Part shown: in pieces, positions 9,651-18,003 of the stretch
Layout of the letters: each line of letters opens with the position of its first letter
Position numbering within the stretch: position 1 is the first letter of the stretch
Assembly (NCBI GenBank): GCA_963837175.1
Contig: CAWIMJ010000054.1
Span: forward strand, 1-23,459
DNA from: an uncultured Nitrososphaeraceae archaeon
GTDB taxonomy: Archaea > Thermoproteota > Nitrososphaeria > Nitrososphaerales > Nitrososphaeraceae
Length of the DNA: 23,459 bases
Reading direction: 5' to 3'
Made by a program: the position numbers and the translations under genes
The notes under the pieces: model-generated
Told to the model about the DNA's origin: nothing
Databases searched by the model: none
What the model saw: only the letters and a program-made list of their open reading frames with translations

Positions 9651-9855
9651 TTGTAGAATATCAACTGTAGCGTAACCACTGGTACCTGTCACTGTCATCA
9701 GACGTGTCATCATAAAGTTTACAACTCCTTTCTTCTGCAGTCTGTTGTATTCTGCAAGTATTCTGCAAGTATAGTTTAGCAATAATATTCATGAATGCAC
9801 TCAATAGGCCATCATCAATTTTGTATCATCATCTATGTTTCTTGCAACCTGTTAT

Positions 9856-10029
9856 TCACTCTGCCATACTTCCTGTATGAGCGGCTATAACTTTTCCAAT
9901 TTGCTTATCAAGCCTCATACCGTTAACCCAGATTGTGGAAGAAACATTTCCATTATTATGTAAATTCAATTTGTGGTTATAACGGACTTCAGCATTGTAA
10001 GTTTGCTTTGACATTTCTAAGCAACTCAT
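9856..10029 (-). CDS. Small hypothetical protein (57 aa), not in ORF track
   Basis: MSCLEMSKQTYNAEVRY...HTGSMAE*. The ATG overlaps the upstream TGA (ATGA at 10026-10029). Confidence 0.5.
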   Translation of the reverse strand: MSCLEMSKQTYNAEVRYNHKLNLHNNGNVSSTIWVNGMRLDKQIGKVIAAHTGSMAE

Positions 10030-10460
10030 TGTACCTTTTCTTTCTTACCTATAACAGCAAAGAATTGTCCATTTACTATTTTGATAGGATCTGTGCCAAC
10101 GAGTTCAAAGTCTTTAATTGCTAAGAATTGATTGGCTTGTTCTATTGGCAATATCTGAACTTGAACCGTTCGATAGTTTGACCTTTTACCAAAATATTGC
10201 TGCTGTTTTCTAGATTCATATTCTGCTTTCATGTTCTTAAAAACAATAAAGCCACCATCTTGATTTCTCTTTACGGTGTAATGCTCTTCTCCTAGTGTTA
10301 TTTGATATCTGTCTTCTTGCTTTAGCTGTGACTTTATATCATCAGGTAGGCTTTCCCATCTACAATAAATCGAACCTTTCTGAGATAGTCGCCAAGGAGC
10401 TTGGACTGATGTTATTGATGATGATGGTGGTGGTGCTTGGCTATTATTATTGCTACTCAT
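10026..10460 (-). CDS. Hypothetical protein (~144 aa)
   Basis: Intact ORF within the co-oriented element cluster. The likely start is MSSNNN at 10460, overlapping the upstream gene end. Confidence 0.7.
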   Translation of the reverse strand: MSSNNNSQAPPPSSSITSVQAPWRLSQKGSIYCRWESLPDDIKSQLKQEDRYQITLGEEHYTVKRNQDGGFIVFKNMKAEYESRKQQQYFGKRSNYRTVQVQILPIEQANQFLAIKDFELVGTDPIKIVNGQFFAVIGKKEKVQ

Positions 10461-10639
10461 TATGTGCATCAGAACCTTTACTATCTCTGAATTTGTTTAC
10501 ACACTCCTTACAAAGTAATAGTGAAACTTTTCCTTTTTTTCCTACTTTAACTTTGATCTACAGTGGTAGCTCCTGCAAAGCATCCAACTGCTTCACATAG
10601 GCTTTTATTTACTTCAGAAGATATTATACCCTGACTCAT
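10453..10639 (-). pseudogene. Small Zn-finger protein (CxxxxC...CxxC), frameshifted
   Basis: MSQGIISSEVIKSLCEAVGCFAGATT/IKVKVGKKGKVSLLLCKECVNKFRD...*. One extra base near 10558-10562; span 187 = 3n+1. Confidence 0.7.
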
Positions 10640-10662
10640 AAAGGTCTTGACTCCTGTGGGTT

Positions 10663-10713
10663 TCGAGGTTTGCTTGGTTGCAGGGTCCAAAGCTACGATC
10701 AAGCAAACCTCGA
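10663..10713. repeat. Long inverted repeat/hairpin
   Basis: Perfect 14-bp arms TCGAGGTTTGCTTG (10663-10676) and CAAGCAAACCTCGA (10700-10713). They extend inward with G-U pairs on the + strand. Confidence 0.85.
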
Positions 10714-10798
10714 CTATTCTTTTTTGATCTAATCCTCAGCGATTGATTCATTAGCTGAAATCTTGCTAAATCATTAATCAAAATGCAAATTCCTATTA

Positions 10799-11321
10799 TC
10801 ATTTCTTATGTTCTCCTTCATCGTCTGATAAGGCTTTGACGAGCCGCAATGCAAATTTCAACTCAGCAATTTTTTCTTTATTCTCTTCAGCATATTCAGT
10901 TAAGGCTACAAATAAATTTTCTAATATCCTCATGGGATTATAAAGAAGTCTCTAATACGTAATCTACCGAGGGTTTAGCATTAATCGTATTCTTATCATG
11001 ATCATTCCATACAAAAAGTCCATACCCACTATGAAGAAATACTCTTGTTGACCCCACTTCACCCACGGTTATTTGAAAATCCCATTTATCGTATTTAGAC
11101 ATAAGCGACCGCATGTTTTCAAATATTGCTTCATAAGCTCTGACGACATCGTCTCTTGAATTTCCATCAGTTGGTAGATATGTTAGTACCTTCAACCAAC
11201 GTTCCGCTTGTACGGATATGTTTACTCCCGCTGCTTTGGCTTTCTCTATTACCTTCCTATCGACGCCGAGTGTTAGCTTGTGCTTCGTAGACTCATTACT
11301 CATATCTTCACTTTGTTGCAT
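10799..11321 (-). pseudogene. Ribbon-helix-helix (CcdA/CopG-like N-terminus) regulator, frameshifted
   Basis: N-terminal KLTLGVDRKVIEKAKAAGVNIS. After a shift near 10950 the frame continues LLYNPMRILENLFVALTEYAEENKEKIAELKFALRLVKALSDD...*. Span 523 = 3n+1. Confidence 0.7.
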
Positions 11322-11336
11322 ACACGTACAATTAAC

Positions 11337-11438
11337 ACGGGTTATATTTAAACATATACGTATAAATTATACGGGTTATATTATTTACAGGAATAACAAT
11401 TTCAGATAAAGATGGAATTGGTGGCTCTTATATAACCC
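11337..11438. promoter_or_regulatory. Putative operator repeats upstream of the RHH gene
   Basis: ACGGGTTATATT at 11337-11348 and 11371-11382, a partial inverted copy ATATAACCC at 11430-11438, and the palindrome TATACGTATA at 11355-11364. Confidence 0.45.
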
Positions 11439-11482
11439 CTATATTTACGGCGAGATTTATTGCTAGCAAGTTAAAAGAACCT

Positions 11483-12880
11483 TTAACCCATATTTTCTAA
11501 CTTCTTACTTGTTAATATCTCTGGTTTAACTTGTGCTAATTTTGGATTCTGTTGTATCATTGACATAATCTGACTGAACTGTTGATTCATTTCTTCACGT
11601 ATCTTTTTTATATCTTGCTCGTATTTTTCTGATATTGCTTGAACTTTCGCATTTTCAGCTTCCTTGATTTCATCGAAAGCAGACGGAACTAACGGATAAG
11701 AACACTTTGAGCAATATTTATTTTCTATTGCATTAACCAATTTGCAACGGGGACAACTTAGTACTGATGGTCTTCTTTGCATGATAGCAGCCTCTTCAGT
11801 TATGATACCATTATGTACAAGGATTTGGTTCTTCAAATCATTTCCCATTCTTGTTTTAATATACCTTGAGCCTTGTTTTGAATTCATAGACCATCTTACT
11901 TTCTTCTTTAAAGCATAATCAGGAAGGAAATCAGAATCAGAAGTAATTGCAGAATGGCGTATGCAGTAAGGATTCCACTTCTTTGTTTTTAAGAAATGCT
12001 CAAGTTTTTCTCTTTCTTCTTCTCCATCATTCAATTCACCTTTTTTCAATAGTCTAACTATTCTTTTCCTTAGTTCTTGCATCATATTCCATAATGCTTT
12101 AGGTTTTAATGGAGAACCATTACGTAAATTACAAATTAGTCTAGCATTTGGTTCATTTTTAAATGGATGCTGATTTAGCCAATCACGAACATATGGAAAA
12201 GAACAAGTCAACAGCACAGGACCGGCACCGGTCTTTGCCTCATGTGGAATTTCTCCCTCTCCATACTTTTCCCTTAATCTAATGTGTTTTATTTTTAGTA
12301 AGGTGATTTCATGAGGTCGTGCATCTAAGTCCCACATTAAAGTTAAAATTGCTTTATTTCTTATGTATGGTTCATATTTTAATATAGTTAATAGTTCATC
12401 ACGTTCCCATATTTCTGTTTCAGTATAAGGACTAAGACGTTTAGTAGATCTTTGCTTTATTTTAACAAAATCTGGAGTAGTCCATTCACATTCTGATAAT
12501 TGCTCAGATATGTGCGATTCAGATTGAATATATTGTTGCTGTTGTATGCTATGAACATTGTATAACCATCTGAAAAAGAGTTTTGTTCTATTTAGATAAT
12601 GATTCCAAGTAGTAATCCATCTTTTGTCTGGATCTTGTTGAGCATCCTTGATTTTTGTGTTTAGAAAGGATGTAATTTGTTCTTTTTTGTTTATACTGTA
12701 AAATCCTTCAGGTCCAAGAAACCTTGTAAAGTCTATAATTACCTTGAGATTATTAATTTGGTGATTTTCAGAAGAACCCTTATCTTGCATATATCTATAA
12801 AAATCCATAATTATCGATGCATTTTTCTTGTTTGAAAGAGAATCAACCTTACTTAATAAAGTCGAAATTTTGATGGACAT
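11483..12880 (-). CDS. Tyrosine recombinase/integrase with C-terminal Zn ribbon and coiled coil
   Basis: Catalytic residues R (DARPHEI), K (AKTG), YCIRH (HxxR variant), RW and Y (SRYI). C-terminal CPRC...CSKC. Adjacent to the tRNA 3' end. Confidence 0.92.
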   Translation of the reverse strand: MSIKISTLLSKVDSLSNKKNASIIMDFYRYMQDKGSSENHQINNLKVIIDFTRFLGPEGFYSINKKEQITSFLNTKIKDAQQDPDKRWITTWNHYLNRTKLFFRWLYNVHSIQQQQYIQSESHISEQLSECEWTTPDFVKIKQRSTKRLSPYTETEIWERDELLTILKYEPYIRNKAILTLMWDLDARPHEITLLKIKHIRLREKYGEGEIPHEAKTGAGPVLLTCSFPYVRDWLNQHPFKNEPNARLICNLRNGSPLKPKALWNMMQELRKRIVRLLKKGELNDGEEEREKLEHFLKTKKWNPYCIRHSAITSDSDFLPDYALKKKVRWSMNSKQGSRYIKTRMGNDLKNQILVHNGIITEEAAIMQRRPSVLSCPRCKLVNAIENKYCSKCSYPLVPSAFDEIKEAENAKVQAISEKYEQDIKKIREEMNQQFSQIMSMIQQNPKLAQVKPEILTSKKLENMG

Positions 12881-13049
12881 TATTATTCTTTGATTCCTCT
12901 TCCTTTATTGCACCTACTAATCTCTTTGGAAGTATCAAAATCTGCAATGGCAATTATTTCATTTTCTCTAAATACTAAATTATGAACTCTTATTATTTGC
13001 AAGACATATAGTATTATTCTAGTTCTAGTATATGAATTCGTATATATAA

Positions 13050-13181
13050 TGCGGTCACCGGGACTTGAACTCCCGCTCTATCATTTGTTAAAGATAGAGT
13101 CCCGGGTTACGGGCTTACTTCGCACTTGCATATATAAATGCATGGAAGGCCAGTGTCCTAACCAAACTAGACGATGACCGC
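13050..13181 (-). tRNA. tRNA-Gly(TCC) with two introns (37/38: 13116-13142, 27 nt; 53/54: 13070-13100, 31 nt)
   Basis: Acceptor stem GCGGTCA/TGACCGC + A73; D arm GTCTAGTTTGGTTAGGAC; anticodon TCC (13146-13144); T stem CCGGG/CCCGG with TTCAAGT loop. Both introns fold into BHB-type motifs. No encoded CCA. Confidence 0.93.
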
Positions 13182-13241
13182 ATTAAATAGCCAACATGAA
13201 ATGGATATTAAATCTTAACGATTAATGCTTGACAAGAATAG

Positions 13242-13808
13242 TTATCTTTCCTCTGGGAATATATAGTTAAGGAGTATATCAATCGCCTTATCTTTCGATT
13301 TCTTCTTGTAGTTTTCTAGACTTTTTCTTGGAACATCTAATGCCTTTTCTTTTTCAACTTCCTCAACAGGTCTATGATCTAATGCGCCTTCAAATTGAAC
13401 TTTGTATCCCTTTAATTTAGATACTACTGTAGAATCATAAATATCTCTAAGCCAAACAGAACCTACGAAATAAATGTACGGCGGATTAACCCTAGTTTTA
13501 ATCATATTTATAACACGATCGAACGTCTGTGCTACATTTTCTGAAGAAGAGTCTATTGCGATTATCTTTTCTTCAACTCCTCCTTTCACTAACTCCTCTT
13601 TTATAAGTTTGCCAGATTTCTCATTTGCAACAACTATGATCAATGTTTTTTGTTTGTCGGGTTTTGATTCCCTGATAATTTTAAAGGTGCCCTGGCATAC
13701 ATTCACCCGTTCTTTTATATGATCGGGCAATCCTCCATCAGTAGATTTCCCTCTATTTATACCGTAGAGGATAATCAGATTTCCATCTGTAAAGCGAAAT
13801 TCGGACAT
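13242..13808 (-). CDS. Hypothetical protein, DUF218/YdcF-like
   Basis: LIILYG...LPDHIKERV and IKEELVKGGVEEKIIAIDSSSENVAQT resemble a degenerate DUF218 pattern. Intact 188-aa ORF. Confidence 0.6.
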   Translation of the reverse strand: MSEFRFTDGNLIILYGINRGKSTDGGLPDHIKERVNVCQGTFKIIRESKPDKQKTLIIVVANEKSGKLIKEELVKGGVEEKIIAIDSSSENVAQTFDRVINMIKTRVNPPYIYFVGSVWLRDIYDSTVVSKLKGYKVQFEGALDHRPVEEVEKEKALDVPRKSLENYKKKSKDKAIDILLNYIFPEER

Positions 13809-14283
13809 TATTTAACTAATGCAGGTCATCATAGTTTAATTTATACATTCTTCTAATAAAAAAATGTATATTGGAAATGATTAGTAAGAGGATATTGTAT
13901 CCTGTCAGGAACCCAGCAAAGGGTTTTGAAGCCAGAAGCCTAAGATATTACTAAAGGTATTGCTTAAACAACAGTTGATAAATAGAGATATACTAGCAAT
14001 AACATAGATATTATCTTCCCGACTGTTGCTATTGATTATGTCATACATGCAATCGATATCACACAATGCTCGTGCTATCAATGATACTATCTATTGCTGA
14101 TATATGCTTTCATTTAGAAATTTTTGTTTTATACAAAATATATATGGTATTATCAGCTTTCATGTATACATAAAAAATGAGCTTGAATAGTTACAATATT
14201 CAAAATGAACGCAATTTTTGCATAAAATAAGTCACCAGGTAAGTTGATTTTTAATTGTGTCTATGGTGGAATTATTGTTATCA

Positions 14284-14757
14284 TCATCCACTTCTCTTGC
14301 TGTAATCCCAAGTAGAAAAGTAACTAGGTGATATTTCAAAATTACTGAATATCCTTTTTTAACTCCATCCATAAGAGACCTTGCCATAGAATGATCAAGG
14401 CTTCCAAGATACTTGATAATTATCTTTTCAGCTATGGTATGTTATGATTAATATCTTCATTCATTCTAACTTTTCCCTTACCATGAACTCCTTTGTCGGG
14501 GAGGATTCACTTCATCTATACAGTAGTAGATGGTAATGTTTCTTCTTAAACTGTCTATCTTTTTTGAGCTCTTGGATGTTTCATGTATAGTTTGTTGTAA
14601 GTATTATCAAAGTAATACCATATTGGATGAATGTTTGAATATCCTTTTTCATGCACTGATCCCAAATGGATATTTAATTTGCTATTTGTTAAAAATCTCT
14701 TACTTCCTCTTATGTTAGAGGAGCATTGAACCCGTGGCTAGCATTAAGAACTCTCAT
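14284..14757 (-). pseudogene. Pyridoxamine 5'-phosphate oxidase-like (split-barrel flavin/F420-binding) pseudogene
   Basis: Multi-frame reconstruction: MRVLNAS...LT*EEVRDF..SKLNIHLGSV..KGYSNIHPIWYYFD...SKKIDSLRRN..IYYCID...KGVHGKGKV...KYLGSLDH...EISPSYFSTWDYSK. One stop and several frameshifts. Confidence 0.8.
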
Positions 14758-15228
14758 TGTCATATACATACACAGCATATACTAGTTGCAGCATATTTCT
14801 TTGGCTCTTTTTTTATAGGGAATCATAAAATCATATCAAATTGATTCAATCCCTTCAGCACCTAACCAAATATGACTTTCAAGTTTTCAAGATAGATTTT
14901 AAGAAGGGTTAGTAATAAAAAAGAGATTTTAATGGTAGCCAATAATGATAAAAACAAAAGAAGACTTATTGTTAAGATGCTTATGCATCTATCCACTAAA
15001 CGACAATAGAGTAGGTAGGTAGGGCTTTTGTACAATTTCTATTCCATCTGCCAACAGAAAAAGAAGTAGACAAGAACAAAACAATTCTGATAATGACGAC
15101 AACGATGCTAATGATAGGGAAGGAGTCAGATAGGAGAAGGATTTAGAGCATCTAAAGCGATTGATTAACATAAAGGCGTTAATATATAGCAAAGTATTCT
15201 GTTTGAAAATAACCATGGCAAACTTTAT

Positions 15229-16170
15229 GTGGCTTATGATGGTAATAATAAATCGGGATCTTCAAGAATAATGAGAAGAACAGAAGAAAAAGCAAGTGAT
15301 ACTCATCTTGATATAGATAATGGTACTATAAACGGTAAAACTAGGGTTAAACCTTTAGCCAAAGTTGTGCAGAGAAAGAAAAAATTAAATTCTCCCATTC
15401 TCATTGCAGGCTTTCCAGGGGCAGGGTTAGTGGGATCGATAAGTACTAGTTATATTATCAACAAACTTCATATGAATCAAATGGCATGTGTAGAATCTGA
15501 GTTCATAGTACCTGGTGTCATTTACGCTGAAGGAAAGCTGAGGCACCCATTTCGCTTGTATTCAAATGAGGAAGGTGATGTTTGCGTACTTGTGTGTGAA
15601 GCGCCTATAATGGTTCATGGTATGTATTCTGTTTTAGATACAGTTGTGAAATGGGCTCTAGATAATAAAGTGAAAGAAGTTATGGTATTAGATGGTATTG
15701 CAGTAGAAGGATTACCTGATTCAAAAAGAGTTCCTATAATCTTGTCAAGCGATGGCAAAGCAGCAGATGCAGCAAACCTAATTCATGATAATAATAACAG
15801 TGACGTAACAAACAAAGAAGAAAAAGATGATGATGATAGTAGTATTTATCCAACGACGGCTTTTATAGGAGGAATAGCTGGCGGAATTTTATCCTCCTGT
15901 TTATCAAATGGTATTGCTTCTAAAGCTTTACTTATATTTGCTGCAAGAGGAATGCCCGATCCAGAAGGATCAGCCATTTTAATAGAATCACTTAGTAAAA
16001 TCACGAATAATGAAAGCCTGAAAATAGATACCCAACAACTTAGAAAGCAAGGAGCTAGTCTAAAAACGAGAATGGAAAAGATAATTCAATCATTTGCTGA
16101 GCAACAGCAAGGACAACAACAACAAGGACAAAACCCTGCCCGAATTAGGGAAGGAGTAATGTATGGATAA
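15229..16170 (+). CDS. PAC2-family proteasome assembly chaperone homolog (Pba-like)
   Basis: Motifs ILIAGFPGAGLVGSI, HPFRLY, GGIAGGIL and MPDPEGSA. The C-terminal MYG is an HbYX motif. Confidence 0.88.
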   Translation: MAYDGNNKSGSSRIMRRTEEKASDTHLDIDNGTINGKTRVKPLAKVVQRKKKLNSPILIAGFPGAGLVGSISTSYIINKLHMNQMACVESEFIVPGVIYAEGKLRHPFRLYSNEEGDVCVLVCEAPIMVHGMYSVLDTVVKWALDNKVKEVMVLDGIAVEGLPDSKRVPIILSSDGKAADAANLIHDNNNSDVTNKEEKDDDDSSIYPTTAFIGGIAGGILSSCLSNGIASKALLIFAARGMPDPEGSAILIESLSKITNNESLKIDTQQLRKQGASLKTRMEKIIQSFAEQQQGQQQQGQNPARIREGVMYG

Positions 16171-16295
16171 TGTTCTTTGAAGCATTTGAATATACGGAGA
16201 AATAGTACTTGGTAGGAAGTATATACTTGCATTAGAATAATAATAAAAATAAAGTAATAGTAGTAGTAGGGAGAGGAGGAAAGGCAAGAATAAAT

Positions 16296-16877
16296 GTGTT
16301 AATAACACGGTGCTGCTGTTTTACTGGTAATAATCTTAATTATTGTTATTGTTATTGTTGCTTCCTCCACCACTCCAATGAGCAGATCCCAGCTCTATAT
16401 GCCACTGCTATGGGTATTGATGCATTGACAGCTCTAATTTTTGGACGTCTATTTGACAAAAAAGGACTGTTGATTCTCATTAGCGTTCCTCTTTTGACTA
16501 TACCCATAGCGCCTTTATTTTCAATGAACTTTAGAGACGTTTTGGTAGGTATAATATTGTGGGTGTCAGTATTAGGTATTCAAGAAACTATTATGAAAGC
16601 TGCAGTTGCTAATATGATCCCAATTGCAAAACGTGGTTTAGTTTTTGGTATTTTCAACGCTACTTTTGGCATAACATGGCTTTTAGGAAGTACATTCATG
16701 GGAATATTGTACAGCCTTTCTATTTCATACATAATCCTTTTCTCTATCATAGTGGAGCTAGTTTCAGTTCCACTGATTTTAATGGTAAGCAATAAAATTA
16801 AGAGATTTAAGGCATACAATCTAGAAGAAGGAATTATATACTTTTTAGGAATGCATAAATTTTTTTCGATATATTAA
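16296..16877 (+). pseudogene. MFS transporter, C-terminal half only
   Basis: QIPALYATAMGIDA...FGRLFDKKG...KRGLVFGIFN. The recognisable part starts at ~16380 after low-complexity TATTGT repeats. The N-terminal TM bundle is absent. Confidence 0.75.
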
Positions 16878-17540
16878 TGCAACAAGTGAAGTTCCTATAA
16901 ATGTGGCAGACAAATAAAGCCACAGATTAGTCAATACGCCGGACAGCAAAGCAGGAGCTAAAGAACGAGCTGGATTCATAGAAGCACCAGATATAAATGC
17001 TAAAAAGAATATGTCTAAACCAACCATGCCTCCTATAGCAATCGCTCCAAAACCTTTCAATCCTTTTGTATTAACTACTATTAGGATAACAGCCATAAGA
17101 AGAGCAGACGCGATTATTTCAACTCCAAAAATTACAGGTAGAGGAAAAGCATAATTTGGAGCATTAGCTCCTAAATTGGCTTCATTTCCTATAATATATT
17201 TTACAAATAGACTCCCTAGTAAAGCACCAATTATCTCTGCAGCAAAATAGTATACTAATTGAATTTTTGTAATATATTTAGTGATCATAAATCCAACTGT
17301 AACTGCCGGATTAAAATGAGCCATTGAGATTTTTCCAAACAAGTATACACCCAAGGCTACTCCAACAAAAGGTGCGAATGCAATAAATGGGATACCTAAT
17401 ATACCATTCATTTTAGCGTCTATTACTACAGAACCAGTAGCAAAAACTATTACAATAAATGTGCCAATAACTTCAGCTACAAACCTCTTTTGATTCTCAG
17501 TTAGATTCTTTGATATCTTGCTTATTAAGCTCTGCTGCAA
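16845..17540 (-). CDS. MIP family aquaporin/aquaglyceroporin, probable arsenite channel
   Basis: AEVIGTF and two NPA boxes (HFNPAVT, SMNPARS). Last gene of the arsM-arsC cluster; its TTG start overlaps arsC. Confidence 0.9.
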   Translation of the reverse strand: MQQSLISKISKNLTENQKRFVAEVIGTFIVIVFATGSVVIDAKMNGILGIPFIAFAPFVGVALGVYLFGKISMAHFNPAVTVGFMITKYITKIQLVYYFAAEIIGALLGSLFVKYIIGNEANLGANAPNYAFPLPVIFGVEIIASALLMAVILIVVNTKGLKGFGAIAIGGMVGLDIFFLAFISGASMNPARSLAPALLSGVLTNLWLYLSATFIGTSLVALIYRKKFMHS

Positions 17541-17961
17541 GTTCCCTTACTCTTCTTTCTATCCCATCTCTTATCTCTCTAACTTTCTCTATTGGTTTAT
17601 CTTTAGGATCTTCTAGCCCCCAGTCTATTACTTTGGGTATATACACAGTAGGGCAGAAATAATTGTCCATGCATCCCATATTAACTACTGTAGTGGCATT
17701 TCTTATCATATCTTCTGTCAAATCCTTTGATTTCTGTTTGCTAATATCTATACCTACTTCTTTCATAACTTGTAATGCTAATGGGTTAATCTCTGAGACA
17801 GGCTTGGTTCCTGCACTTAAGGTTGCATATCCTCTAGGAGCATATTTTCTAAAGAAGCCTTCTGCCATCTGGCTTCGGCCTGCGTTTTGTACGCAAACAA
17901 ACAGAACGGTTTTACCTATTTCTCGTTCTTTAGTTTTTAATTTACCAAATGAAAATTTCAT
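17497..17961 (-). CDS. arsC: Arsenate reductase (LMW-PTP fold, thioredoxin-type)
   Basis: P-loop CVQNAGRSQMAE (CX5R), SAGTKP, resolving cysteines MGC...FCP, and WGLEDP. Confidence 0.9.
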   Translation of the reverse strand: MKFSFGKLKTKEREIGKTVLFVCVQNAGRSQMAEGFFRKYAPRGYATLSAGTKPVSEINPLALQVMKEVGIDISKQKSKDLTEDMIRNATTVVNMGCMDNYFCPTVYIPKVIDWGLEDPKDKPIEKVREIRDGIERRVRELAAELNKQDIKESN

Positions 17962-18003
17962 ATTTGTTTAATCTTCCCCTCCTCTTTCTTGTTTTATCAT
18001 TTA

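Larger units (their letters stand above)
6709..13050 (-). mobile_element. tRNA-Gly-associated integrative element (cryptic, decaying); left boundary uncertain
   Basis: The integrase starts ~170 bp past the tRNA 3' end. It is followed by a co-oriented cluster of small genes, several coupled by ATGA overlaps. No att duplicate was found in the window. Confidence 0.72.

Noticed and set aside
9651-9782. N-terminal extension of ORF 9285-9782
   Set aside because: TTG start and repeat-derived sequence; the ATG at 9650 is more plausible.
10614-10802. 62-aa ORF across the hairpin
   Set aside because: It has an ATGA overlap with the repaired RHH stop, but runs through the inverted repeat and overlaps the Zn-finger start. 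Not supportable as a CDS.
1-13049. Second att site (duplicate of the tRNA-Gly 3' end)
   Set aside because: No copy of GCGGTCACCGGGACTTGAA or a convincing part of it was found by eye. The element boundary is left undefined.
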